64,000 bases of DNA from Dehalococcoidia bacterium (GTDB taxonomy: Bacteria; Chloroflexota; Dehalococcoidia; Bin125): positions 690,146-754,145 of the forward strand of contig CBDCPP010000002.1 in assembly GCA_965220315.1 (NCBI GenBank). Reading direction: 5' to 3'. Positions 28,737 through 38,476 of this stretch are shown here, one piece after another. A program made the position numbers and the translations under genes. How positions within the stretch are numbered: position 1 is the first letter of the stretch; the number at the start of each line of letters is the position of its first letter. The notes beneath the pieces are model-generated. The model was not told the DNA's origin and did not search any database. It saw nothing but the letters and a program-made list of their open reading frames with translations.

Positions 28737-29531
28737 CTACCCGGCTACCGCCCGTCGGCGCCGCATGCCGGCGATCGCTTCGCGCGTAGCCTTAGGGTCA
28801 GAGTCTACGTCTAGCTCGGTAGAGCTGGTGACCAGCCATGTCATCTCCGGGATGTCCGCTGCGCTGCCTGCGAAGTCGTCGCCGCGGAGGACAGCGACGC
28901 CCGCCTGGCATCCATCGTCGCCGCAGACGTGAACGATCGGCGAACCGAAGAAGTCCGCTACCGATGCGAGCGGCCGCGCGAGTGTGTGCTCAGTGCCCAC
29001 GATAAGGAAGAGATCCGGCTCTTCAGCCCCGAATAAGCGCACGATTTCGAGCAACGTCGCGCTCGCCCAGTCGCCGCTCGTTTCCCGTCCGAGCAGTGCC
29101 GCTAGGTGCGACGCATCCGGCAGGACGATGGCAATACCCGCCTGGTCGCCCAGCACCGGCCGCAGCCGCGCCATGGCGTCGCGGGCCACAGCGAGCGAGG
29201 CACAGTTGACGACGCTGGCTGGGGCCGGGAGTTCGTCGAGTCGTTCTCCTCGATCGACTGCGGCCGTACTGGCCGCCGGCGCAAGACCGGGGCGCGCCGC
29301 CTCCCAACAGGCAGCGGCTACGCGCTTCCCTGTGCCGCCGATCGTCACGGCGTCGCACCCATACAGCGCCTGCGCGTTCCGTAGGGCGCGCGCCAGCGCT
29401 TCTGCATCGGAAAGCAGCCCGGCCGGCGCGATTTGCTCCAGTGCACCCGCGTGCCGCTCGATCATTGGCGCGATCGCCAACACTGATCCGTCACGCGATT
29501 CGAGAGCGGCCCTGAGCAGCGTGCGGCTCAC
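28737..29531 (-). CDS. Hypothetical protein
   Basis: 264 aa with a GTG start, co-directional and tightly spaced within the cluster. No motif recognised. Confidence 0.5.
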   Translation of the reverse strand: MSRTLLRAALESRDGSVLAIAPMIERHAGALEQIAPAGLLSDAEALARALRNAQALYGCDAVTIGGTGKRVAAACWEAARPGLAPAASTAAVDRGERLDELPAPASVVNCASLAVARDAMARLRPVLGDQAGIAIVLPDASHLAALLGRETSGDWASATLLEIVRLFGAEEPDLFLIVGTEHTLARPLASVADFFGSPIVHVCGDDGCQAGVAVLRGDDFAGSAADIPEMTWLVTSSTELDVDSDPKATREAIAGMRRRRAVAG

Positions 29532-29571
29532 GGATTCTCCGTGTGCTGAAGGGTTGGCCGCTGCTCCATCG

Positions 29572-31695
29572 CTAGATGCGAACGAGGGTCTGCTCGGCCG
29601 CGCCGTCTGGCCAGTGGCCGAAGTACTTCAAGGCGTCGGCGTCGGGTTTTTGAGTGGACCACTCGGCGATGAACTCGTCCCAGGGCTTGCCGTGCTTGAT
29701 GCGCTCCTGGCGCGCCGCGTCACGGGCCGCCGTAGTGGCGTCGTGATCGAGCACGAGGGTTTCGGAGTCGTAGCGCAGCTGATAGATGTTTCGAGCCGTC
29801 CACTCACTGAGCTTCTTTTGGCGGAGGTCGCTGAGGACGAGTTCAGGGGCGCGTTCAAGCACGTCGCCGTAGCCGCCGCCCCCTGCGGCGAGTTGGACGA
29901 TGATGTCACCGTTCTGCCCCACTCGCGTGAGTCGGGTCAGATGCTCCACTAGATACTCTCCGTCGACGGTCCGATCCCGGGCGACTGAGACGGCGTCGGT
30001 GGGAACGTCGTCGTCGCCGCGCGTCATCTTTGTCCACAAATTGGTGTTGGCGACCCAGACGCCGGGACTTGCACTGGACGGGTATCCGCCGAAGAGTCCC
30101 ACCCCAACCGAAATATTGGAACTCTTGCCGATCGCGCTCCAGAACATTGTGGGAACGTGCCGCGGCGCCAGCGCTGTCTCAGTACCGTGCCCTCCCTGCC
30201 ACATCCCGAAGCCCCCGGAGTCCTCCCTCAGACGATAGAACAAGCGCAGGAATGGATACTCGTTCTCGTAGAACTCCGCGTCCGGCGCTCGCCCCGCGTG
30301 GCACCAAGGGAAGCCGTAGGCATCGGTGCCGTCCATGTCTGGCCTGGCGCCTTGTCCCTCGGTGTTAAGGGTGCAGCCATCGAGATCAGCGAACGCGATG
30401 CCGTACTGGCTCGTGCCCGCGAAGACGATCTCGCTCCCCATGTTGCCGTTAGGCGCGCCGATCTTGTCGCGGTCCGGGCTGTCGAACATCATTTTGGCCA
30501 GTGCGAGCGTGGCCGGCGTCATGACGATGCAGCAGAGCGGCGGGCTGTTGCTAATCGCCGCATCGGGGGCAGCGTTGAGGACGGTCCCCTCGGGTACCTC
30601 CCAGTCGAACGGGGCAAGCGCCCCGTTCGAAGCCGGGAGGTCGTGAAACGGGTAGGCGAAGATATAGATAGCGGCGTGCGCCGCGACGATATGCGGATAG
30701 GCGTTGTAAGAGGAGTCGTTCTCCGGCGACGTCCCCGTGAAGTCCATCCGGATGGTGTCGCCCTTCTTGCTAGCGGTGAGGAAGCCGCGTACTAAGGCCG
30801 GCTCGCGGCCGATCGTGTCGGAGAACGCGACCGCTCGGTATACGCCATCGTTCCAGCGGGCGATCCGCTGGCGCGCCGAAGCCTCCGCCTCGACGATGAG
30901 CTTGCGCAACAGCCCGCGCACGAAGTCGTTCCCCTGCGCCCGCGCGAGCTCCTGCATTCGGACGCGCAAACGATCGGCGCCGGTCACGCGTGCGCGTGTG
31001 TCGATCTCCTGCATGCGCGGCGATCGGTGGATGAAGTTCACCATCATGTCGAGTAGATCGCGCTTGATCCGGTAGTTTTCGCCGATCTTGATCGGCGTGA
31101 GCTTCATGCCTTCGTCGTTGCGGCTGCGCGCGAGAATGGGCATGCCCCCGGGCTCCACTGCTCCCGTCTCCGGCTGATGGGCCAGCGCAGCCGTCCAAGC
31201 GATCAACTCCCCATCGTGGAAGACGGGCATGAACGCCATTTGATCGGGGTTGTGGATGCCGCCGTAGCGTGCCTCGTTCGTATAAAAGATGTCGCCCTCG
31301 TGCACGCCGACGGTGGGATCGGGGAAGTACTGCGACATCACGTACTTGACGGGCAGGCAACCGGTCACGCAGTGCAGGTAGGTTCCTGCGGACGCGTTGG
31401 CCAGATCTCCGTTGGCCGTGTAGACCGCGACGATCAAGTCGCCCGCCGTGAGGAGATTGGTCACGCCGCTGCGTACGAAGATCTCTCGGGCTTCGTCCAG
31501 GATGTTCTTGAGCTTCTCGTCATAGATCTCATAATCGCCCGGCGTGAGCGAATCCATTCCGCGACGCTCGAGCGGGCTGATCGGCTCCGGCTTGAGCCAA
31601 TGCACCATGGTGCTCGGAGAGATCTCGATCGGTGTGACCCGGAAATGCTCGGGAATCTCAGGGCTCTCGGGGGTTGGATTCGCGTTGGCTGCCAT
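29572..31695 (-). CDS. Hydantoinase B/oxoprolinase family protein (carboxylase large subunit-like)
   Basis: 707 aa, immediately downstream of the hydantoinase-A gene. The family call is from recalled similarity to HyuB and acetone carboxylase alpha. Confidence 0.8.
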   Translation of the reverse strand: MAANANPTPESPEIPEHFRVTPIEISPSTMVHWLKPEPISPLERRGMDSLTPGDYEIYDEKLKNILDEAREIFVRSGVTNLLTAGDLIVAVYTANGDLANASAGTYLHCVTGCLPVKYVMSQYFPDPTVGVHEGDIFYTNEARYGGIHNPDQMAFMPVFHDGELIAWTAALAHQPETGAVEPGGMPILARSRNDEGMKLTPIKIGENYRIKRDLLDMMVNFIHRSPRMQEIDTRARVTGADRLRVRMQELARAQGNDFVRGLLRKLIVEAEASARQRIARWNDGVYRAVAFSDTIGREPALVRGFLTASKKGDTIRMDFTGTSPENDSSYNAYPHIVAAHAAIYIFAYPFHDLPASNGALAPFDWEVPEGTVLNAAPDAAISNSPPLCCIVMTPATLALAKMMFDSPDRDKIGAPNGNMGSEIVFAGTSQYGIAFADLDGCTLNTEGQGARPDMDGTDAYGFPWCHAGRAPDAEFYENEYPFLRLFYRLREDSGGFGMWQGGHGTETALAPRHVPTMFWSAIGKSSNISVGVGLFGGYPSSASPGVWVANTNLWTKMTRGDDDVPTDAVSVARDRTVDGEYLVEHLTRLTRVGQNGDIIVQLAAGGGGYGDVLERAPELVLSDLRQKKLSEWTARNIYQLRYDSETLVLDHDATTAARDAARQERIKHGKPWDEFIAEWSTQKPDADALKYFGHWPDGAAEQTLVRI

Positions 31696-31701
31696 GGTCG
31701 C

Positions 31702-33855
31702 TCACCGCTTTTCGATGATCAGGTTCAGATGCCGATCGACGGTTAAGTGGAAGTTGGGATCGAGTGCGGTGGTGGTGTACTGCGCCTCGATCACGGCTGG
31801 ACCCTCAATGCTGTGCCCCGGACGCAGACGGGACTGTTCGTAGATCGGCGTGTCGACGAATCCTTCTGCAGCGTCCCAATAGACCGGCCGCGTTGCGGTC
31901 TGCGCGACGCCAACAGCGTCGCTTGTCTCAGCATGGGTAGCGAGGCGCCACGGCGGTTGGGGGAGTTCCGCACGGAGCACGAAGTTGTTGATCTCGACGC
32001 CACCTTGCGGAAACACGTTCACGGGGCTGAAGAACGACGCGTACTCGCGCTCAAAGGCGTCGTAGATTAGTGATACGTCTGCCGTCGAGCCGATGCGGAG
32101 CAACGGCGACAGGGCGCGGTGCCCATGAATCTGTCCGCCATACTTGATGTCCAACTCCAAGCGGAAGGTCGTCTGATCGAGATCGTAGCCTTCGCCGCGT
32201 AGATCGCGGATCGCTTGCTCTTCGAGACCCTCTACCACTTCGTTGAAGGCCGTGAAATCGGTCGTGGGGGCCTTGGTGTTCGGCTGCAGCAGCTCCACGC
32301 GCCGAGATGCTTCATAGATGTGGATCGTCGCCATGGTCGACGACCCCCATGCACAAAATACCGGCGAGAACGGAAACACCAGCATGCGCTGAATGTCGAG
32401 CCGCCCTCCGTAGCCGGTGCAGTGAGCCGGCCCGGCGCCGCCATAGGCGAATAGCACGAAATCTTTCGGGTCGTAGCCGCGCAAGAAAGTCTCGCGGGCG
32501 ATCGCATCGGCCATGTTTGCGTCGACGGTGCGCTTGATCCGAGCAGCGGCTTCCTCGACCGATACTCCCAATGGGTGCGCGATCTTTTCCTCGATCGCTT
32601 GAGCTGCGAGGTCCCGATCGAGCTTCAGGTTGCCGCCGAAGTAGTGGTCGGGCGAGATGTAGTTGAGCACGACATCGGCGTCTGTGACGGTGGGCGCAGT
32701 CCCGCCTAGTCCAAGGGCGGCGGGTCCGGGCATTGAGCCGGCGCTGCGCGGTCCCACCTCCAGCCGGTTGCCCACGGCCTCGTTGATCCAGGCGATGGAA
32801 CCGCCTCCGGCGCCGATCGACTTCACTTCTAACATGCTTTGGTCGACCCAGTAGCGGTCGATGATCGGACGGAACTGGTAGAAACGTGTCGAGCCCTCGG
32901 TAATCAGCCCCACTTCGAAGCTGGTGCCGCCCATGTCCGTGACGATCACATTGGAATGCCCCAACGCTTGACCGGCCGCCGCTCCTCCGATCAATCCTGC
33001 CACCGGGCCGCCGTTGAACGTTGCCGCTGCAGATGTCCGGTACACCTCTGCCATACCGCCGGAGTTGTGGACCAGCATGATGCCGCGGGGATAGTGGTGC
33101 GAGCGCAGTTCGTCCGCCATCCCCGACAGCTCCTCCCACATCGCTTGGTGCAGGTAGGCGTTAAGGATGGTGGTGTTGGTGCGCGTGTACTCCCAGCGCT
33201 TGGGCACCACCTCCGAAGAGAGCATGATGGGCATCGCGCCCAAATATGCTTCAGGGAACTCCCCCTCGATCAGCTCGCGGATGCGCCGCTCGTGATCGGG
33301 ATTGAGATAGGAGAACAAGAGCGCGACCACGAACCCCCGCGCACCGCGATCCACGAGCCCACGCAGTCCTTCAAGGAAGTGATCTTCGTCGAGAGGACGT
33401 ACCACCTCACCGAAACTGTCGATACGCTCCCGCGCCCCGAAGGTCATCTCACGCGAAACGAGCGGATCGGGTTTGGTGATGCGGGCGACGTTGCGGATCT
33501 CGCGCGCCACGGCGGCGTCCATCCAAGCAGCGCCACGGGCGATCGCAAGAACGTCCTCGAATCCTTCCGTGGTGATCAAGGCGAGATTGGGGCCGGACCG
33601 CTGGAGGAGCGTGTTCATCGCCACGGTCGTCGAGTAGCGAATGGTACTTGTCGCTTCGAGCAGGCCGTCGATGGTGAGGCCAAGGTCCGTGGCTGCAGCA
33701 TCAAGCCCACGCATGAAGCCGGCAGAGAGCCGGTAACCTGTGGTCGGAGTTTTCACCGCAGTGGTACGGCCGTCCGGCATCCGGACGAAACAGTCGGTGA
33801 AAGTACCGCCGATATCGACGTCAATGACGGCCCGTTCGGCGAGGTCTTCTCTCAT
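31702..33855 (-). CDS. Hydantoinase A/oxoprolinase family protein (paralogue 2)
   Basis: N-terminal VIDVDIGGTFTDCFV ATP-binding signature, 717 aa. Confidence 0.85.
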   Translation of the reverse strand: MREDLAERAVIDVDIGGTFTDCFVRMPDGRTTAVKTPTTGYRLSAGFMRGLDAAATDLGLTIDGLLEATSTIRYSTTVAMNTLLQRSGPNLALITTEGFEDVLAIARGAAWMDAAVAREIRNVARITKPDPLVSREMTFGARERIDSFGEVVRPLDEDHFLEGLRGLVDRGARGFVVALLFSYLNPDHERRIRELIEGEFPEAYLGAMPIMLSSEVVPKRWEYTRTNTTILNAYLHQAMWEELSGMADELRSHHYPRGIMLVHNSGGMAEVYRTSAAATFNGGPVAGLIGGAAAGQALGHSNVIVTDMGGTSFEVGLITEGSTRFYQFRPIIDRYWVDQSMLEVKSIGAGGGSIAWINEAVGNRLEVGPRSAGSMPGPAALGLGGTAPTVTDADVVLNYISPDHYFGGNLKLDRDLAAQAIEEKIAHPLGVSVEEAAARIKRTVDANMADAIARETFLRGYDPKDFVLFAYGGAGPAHCTGYGGRLDIQRMLVFPFSPVFCAWGSSTMATIHIYEASRRVELLQPNTKAPTTDFTAFNEVVEGLEEQAIRDLRGEGYDLDQTTFRLELDIKYGGQIHGHRALSPLLRIGSTADVSLIYDAFEREYASFFSPVNVFPQGGVEINNFVLRAELPQPPWRLATHAETSDAVGVAQTATRPVYWDAAEGFVDTPIYEQSRLRPGHSIEGPAVIEAQYTTTALDPNFHLTVDRHLNLIIEKR

Positions 33856-34196
33856 GACTCGTCAATTCCTGGCTCGGCGTCGTCGCGCGGCAGGTTCTCC
33901 AAGTCAAGTTCGATATCGTGCGTGATGGGATGGCCGGGGGGAAGCATCTCGACTTCCAGCATCGTCCCGCAGCCGGGGCAATAGAACTCCACCAGCCGCG
34001 CCCAGCCAGGATTGTAGGAAAAGTTAAACGACGCATCGATGAACGGCTGCCAGATATCTCTCGGGTCGCGGTCCGCGATGAGGCAGCCTTCCTTATAGTT
34101 TTTCGCAGCTGGTCCCAGCGACTGCTCGCAGCGGTTGCACTTCCACTCGAGCGTGGCTGTGTCGAGGTCAAGATATTCGGTGATTCGTCGCTTCAT
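33852..34196 (-). CDS. Acetone-carboxylase gamma-subunit-like small zinc protein
   Basis: 114 aa with two CxxC pairs (CNRC, CPGC). It shares 4-nt overlaps with both flanking hydantoinase-A genes. Confidence 0.7.
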   Translation of the reverse strand: MKRRITEYLDLDTATLEWKCNRCEQSLGPAAKNYKEGCLIADRDPRDIWQPFIDASFNFSYNPGWARLVEFYCPGCGTMLEVEMLPPGHPITHDIELDLENLPRDDAEPGIDES

Positions 34197-36115
34197 GGTT
34201 GGCTACTGTCCGATATCGGAAGAACGATCTCGCCAAGTGCACCGATGCGACCCCGGGCGCCAGGCGGGATCAACAGTGTGGTCTCCGTGCTCTCCAGGAT
34301 CGCGGGCCCTTGGAGTTCCGCTCCCGCTGCTCCCGTGTCCCAATCGAAGACCGGAAGCATCGCGATACTATCCTTCAGGTGCAGGGCACGCTGACCACGT
34401 GTCACGAGCGAGGCGCCGTCTGCCAGTGGGAGCGCGCCATGGACGCCGGCGGTCGTCGCACGGAGGCGTGCCAGCCGGAGTTCGCCGTTGCGAAAGGCGC
34501 CAGCGGCGGCGACTGCCTCGCCCGTTTCGCCGCCCAGTGCGACAACCTGCACGCCACCGTCCGCTCCAACCACCTCGCCTTCGATTGCGTAGGTGATGGC
34601 ACTTGTATCTGCGCCCTCGCCCTGCATATCGCGCCGCGCGCGCTCACGGAGCCCTTCGAGTTCACACTCGAGCGAGGCGCCTGGCGACGCTTCGTAGCTG
34701 TGGGAAATGTCGAGTCTTGAGAGCCCGAAGGCGCTGAAGACGGAATTGACGGTGAATCCGTACACGGCGGCAAGCCCCGCGCGATCGGCGACCGCGTGGG
34801 CCAGCAGTCCGCCCGCGCCCCCGCTCGCGAACAGTGCCACCTCCGATGGAACGAGACTCCGGTGGCGCAGTTGTTTGCCGACGGCCTGCGCGATCCCATC
34901 AGCCGCAGTCTCCAGGATCCGAGCGGCGGCTTCCGTTACGCCCACGCCGAGCGGCTCCGCCACGCGCGCGCCCACGACAGCACGTGCTGCTTCGATATCC
35001 AAGCGCTTGCGCCCTCCCAAGAAATGATCGGGATCGAACATTCCCAAGCAGCAAGCGGCATCCGTCACGGTCGCTTCCTGTCCTCCCAGCCCGAATGCGG
35101 CTGGCCCTGGTTGGGCTCCCGTGCTCTCCGGACCGACGCTCACGCGCCCGTTTTCTACGCGCACGATCGATCCCCCGCCGACGCCCACGGATTCCAGGGC
35201 GACGGCGGGAAGCGCGACTGCGATCCCCTCGATCACTGGCTGCACGGCGTAATGCCAGCCAGTCTGCTCGACGATGCTAATGTCGGAGCTGGTTCCTCCC
35301 ACGTCTAACGTGACTACGTGTTTCAGGCCCAGCTCTCGCGTAAGTTCCAGCGCCCCCGCTACTCCTCCTGCAGGTCCTGATCCCCAGGTGCGCAACGCGG
35401 TGGTCTTGGCGACGCGCGAAGTCCCCGCGTCCGCGTTTGCGACAAGCAGCGGGTGGCGGTAGCCGTCGGTTCGGAGCTGAACCTCTACTCGATAGAGCAC
35501 GCGACTCATGCTGGGGTGGAGGTAGGCGTTCAGGATCGCGGTTTGCACGCGGACTCGGGAATCCGGTGTCAGCGTGACCTGATGCGAAGCGACTATGGGA
35601 ACTGCGCCGAGGTAGTGGCGCGGGTAATCCGCTGCGATGCGGGAACGGAGCGCTCCTTCGCGCACAGGTAAATCGACCCCGGAACTAAGCGCGACGACGA
35701 GGATCCGGGCGCCACGCTCAAGCAGAGTATGGACGGCGGCTATGACGCTGGCGTCGTCCTGCTCTGCTTCCGGGACGAGCTGGACGAGTTCACGGTCTAG
35801 GGGAAGCGCTTCGGCCAGTCCAGCCACGAGCGAATCGCCGAGCGTTGCTCCCAGCAGCAGCCCGATCTTGGGCCCGCTGCGATTGATTAGAGTGTTCGTC
35901 CCGATTGTCGTTGAGAAGCGCACCGTGTCGGTCTGGCGCAGCAGCTCCGGCCGGCTCATCTCCAGCAAACCCGCAGCGCGGTCGATGCAGGCTAGGATCC
36001 CGACGGTGAGATCGTGCGGCGTGGTATCCACCTTGGCCCGGATACTCCCAGCGGGCCCCGTCACGTATCCGTCCGTGAAGGTCCCGCCGGTGTCGATGTT
36101 GATGACGTATCCCAT
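34193..36115 (-). CDS. Hydantoinase A/oxoprolinase family protein (paralogue 1)
   Basis: Trimmed to ATG 36115 (MGYVINIDTGGTFTDGYV). The Arg-rich upstream extension of the ORF is implausible. Confidence 0.8.
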   Translation of the reverse strand: MGYVINIDTGGTFTDGYVTGPAGSIRAKVDTTPHDLTVGILACIDRAAGLLEMSRPELLRQTDTVRFSTTIGTNTLINRSGPKIGLLLGATLGDSLVAGLAEALPLDRELVQLVPEAEQDDASVIAAVHTLLERGARILVVALSSGVDLPVREGALRSRIAADYPRHYLGAVPIVASHQVTLTPDSRVRVQTAILNAYLHPSMSRVLYRVEVQLRTDGYRHPLLVANADAGTSRVAKTTALRTWGSGPAGGVAGALELTRELGLKHVVTLDVGGTSSDISIVEQTGWHYAVQPVIEGIAVALPAVALESVGVGGGSIVRVENGRVSVGPESTGAQPGPAAFGLGGQEATVTDAACCLGMFDPDHFLGGRKRLDIEAARAVVGARVAEPLGVGVTEAAARILETAADGIAQAVGKQLRHRSLVPSEVALFASGGAGGLLAHAVADRAGLAAVYGFTVNSVFSAFGLSRLDISHSYEASPGASLECELEGLRERARRDMQGEGADTSAITYAIEGEVVGADGGVQVVALGGETGEAVAAAGAFRNGELRLARLRATTAGVHGALPLADGASLVTRGQRALHLKDSIAMLPVFDWDTGAAGAELQGPAILESTETTLLIPPGARGRIGALGEIVLPISDSSQP

Positions 36116-36123
36116 GGGCTGGC

Positions 36124-37509
36124 CTATTGCGGCTGGTGCACGCCGCGCGCCGCGAGCCGCTCGTCGCGCCAGCGCGAAACCTTGACGAAGCCTTCGGGCA
36201 CGGCACGGCTCAGCTCCCCGGGTACCACCACCTCCACGGAGGCTCCGATGCCGATGTGCTCGCGCACAACATCCGATACGCGCTGCCGCACTACCTCTGC
36301 CCGCGCCGCCGAGCACTCTACGGTAATACGGACCTCCTCCCGACCGTCAGCTGCGCTATCTACGACGCCGCGATAGTTCTCGACGCCAGCGATGGCGAAG
36401 ACGGCCTCGTCAAACTGTGCCGGCCAAACGTTGATGCCGCGGATCTTGAGCATGTCGTCGTAGCGCTGCACGCTGCCCGCCCGGATGCCTGCGAGCGGTC
36501 TTTTGCATGAGCAAGAACCGGGGGCGATCCACTGCACGCGGTCCCGCGTCGCGAAGCGCAGCAACGGCGATGCGATGGCGGTCAGAGGCGTGATGAAGAG
36601 TTCGCCTACTCCTCCGTCTTGGACGGGTTCGCCCGTCTGCGAATCGAGCACTTCGCAATAGGCTGTCTCGGCCGGGAAGTGCAGTATTCCCAGCTTCCCG
36701 TCGCGCAAGACGCCGCCCGGGCAGGTCCAGGCAACTGCCCGCTCCGTGCAGCCCCACTGCTCGTACAACGTCGCCCCCCAAACCTTCTGCATCATCTCTA
36801 CCCATCCAGCGCCGTATGCCTCGCCGGCGACGATCAGCGCTTGCACGCCGAGCATTGCCGGATCGGCGCCCTCTTCCTCACACGCCACCGCCAACCGCTG
36901 CACGTAGGTGGGCGTGCCGACGACCAAGTCCGCGCCGTACCGCGCCAGCAGCTCCACTTTCGTATGCGTCGGATAGGCTCCCACGGAGAGTACGTTGGCG
37001 CCGAGACGGCGTAAGCCCTCGTAGTACCAGTGGCCCGCCGCCGTCATGCCTACGGGAAGAGTAAGCAAGACACGACTGCCTGGCCGTACGCCGGCCCACC
37101 AGAAGCCACAGGCTTCCATTTCGATCGCTGCCTCTTCATCGGCATCATTCATGACGTAGACTTCGCGGCCCTTGCCCGAAGTGCCACTGGTTTCGACTAC
37201 TGTGCGGATCTCGTCTGGGCGGCACTGCGAGCGGGTCCCATAGGGGGGGTGCGCCCGGCAGTCGGCGACAACGGCGTCCTTTGTCGTCGCGGGGAGAGCG
37301 CGAAAGTCAGCCGCGGAGCGCCCTGTGGGCAGCGGCGAGAGCAGCGGTTTATAGAATGGGTTTTCCTCAGCGAGCCGTTCGGCGATCTCCCAGACGCAGG
37401 CCAGCTGCCACGCGAGTAGTTCGTCTGCAGTGGTTGGGGTGTCCGTTCGCCAGCGAGCGGCCAGGGGATCGAAAGGGCTGTCGACAGCGTTGGGGTCGGC
37501 ACGCATCAC
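36124..37509 (-). CDS. Phenylacetate-CoA ligase (PaaK)-like adenylate-forming enzyme
   Basis: 461 aa with AMP motif ETSGTSGKG. It is the second copy of this family in the cluster. Confidence 0.75.
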   Translation of the reverse strand: MMRADPNAVDSPFDPLAARWRTDTPTTADELLAWQLACVWEIAERLAEENPFYKPLLSPLPTGRSAADFRALPATTKDAVVADCRAHPPYGTRSQCRPDEIRTVVETSGTSGKGREVYVMNDADEEAAIEMEACGFWWAGVRPGSRVLLTLPVGMTAAGHWYYEGLRRLGANVLSVGAYPTHTKVELLARYGADLVVGTPTYVQRLAVACEEEGADPAMLGVQALIVAGEAYGAGWVEMMQKVWGATLYEQWGCTERAVAWTCPGGVLRDGKLGILHFPAETAYCEVLDSQTGEPVQDGGVGELFITPLTAIASPLLRFATRDRVQWIAPGSCSCKRPLAGIRAGSVQRYDDMLKIRGINVWPAQFDEAVFAIAGVENYRGVVDSAADGREEVRITVECSAARAEVVRQRVSDVVREHIGIGASVEVVVPGELSRAVPEGFVKVSRWRDERLAARGVHQPQ

Positions 37510-37515
37510 GGTCGC

Positions 37516-38439
37516 CTATTCCAGGGCGAGCACCTTTTGGGCTGCTCCACCCAGCAGCAGATCGATCTCTTCCCGTTCGAACTGCAGGCCGCCTGGCGCG
37601 TCGTTTGGGAGTGAGCGAAGGACCTGCACCCAGGCATCATGCTTCACCCTGCGCACGGTACGAAGCGCTGGCCAGTCACTGCCGAAAAACACCTTCTCTT
37701 TACCGGCGGTTGAGATCAGGCCGCGCAGCTCCCGCGCGAACTGGGCGGGGTCGGTGAGGTATTTCATCTGCCAATAGGCCGTGTCCAGATAGACGTTGGG
37801 ATGGTGCCAGGCCAGACTTGCTGCTTCCTCCCACCAAGCCATGCCGGCATGCGCTAACACGAACGTCACTTCGGGGAAGTCAGCGGAAGGCTGATCGACG
37901 TACACCGGCCGCGTGGGCTCGGTTCGCGCGGGCGTGATCTCCTGACCGGTATGCACGACGACCGGAAGCCCAAGCGCCGCGCACTTCTCGTATACGCGGT
38001 AGCAGGCGCTGTCTTGTGGGTTAACGCCCGTGCACCAGAGCTTGAACCCTTTCATCCCCCATTTTTCGACGGCGCGCTGCACGAAGTCCGGGGCGCCGGG
38101 GCGCCGTGGATCGACGCCGCCGTAGAGCACTAGCCGCTGCGGATGGCGCTGCACCGCCTCATAGAAGATCGCGTAGCGCTGATCGAGTGACACGTCGTCG
38201 TCGGTGCCGGCATACAAGGCAAAGTCGATCGCCATGATGACTGCTTTGTCGATGCCGGCTTCGTCCATGTCCGCGACCAGCAGGTCGCCCGTCTCGTCGA
38301 ACCAACCCTCCGCGATCTTGCGACCGACGTAGTCGGATGAGCGTGTCGAGATCGCGCTCCCGTAGTCGGCAAAGGCTTGGAGCCAGGCGCGAGGAGTGAT
38401 CCTCGGCCCATACAGGTGTGCGTGCGCATCGATGATCAT
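37516..38439 (-). CDS. Amidohydrolase-2 family metal-dependent hydrolase
   Basis: MIIDAHAHLYGP metal motif, 307 aa. Confidence 0.8.
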   Translation of the reverse strand: MIIDAHAHLYGPRITPRAWLQAFADYGSAISTRSSDYVGRKIAEGWFDETGDLLVADMDEAGIDKAVIMAIDFALYAGTDDDVSLDQRYAIFYEAVQRHPQRLVLYGGVDPRRPGAPDFVQRAVEKWGMKGFKLWCTGVNPQDSACYRVYEKCAALGLPVVVHTGQEITPARTEPTRPVYVDQPSADFPEVTFVLAHAGMAWWEEAASLAWHHPNVYLDTAYWQMKYLTDPAQFARELRGLISTAGKEKVFFGSDWPALRTVRRVKHDAWVQVLRSLPNDAPGGLQFEREEIDLLLGGAAQKVLALE

Positions 38440-38476
38440 GTCCCTGCGCCTTCCGCGTAGACGTGCCGCCTGCTCT

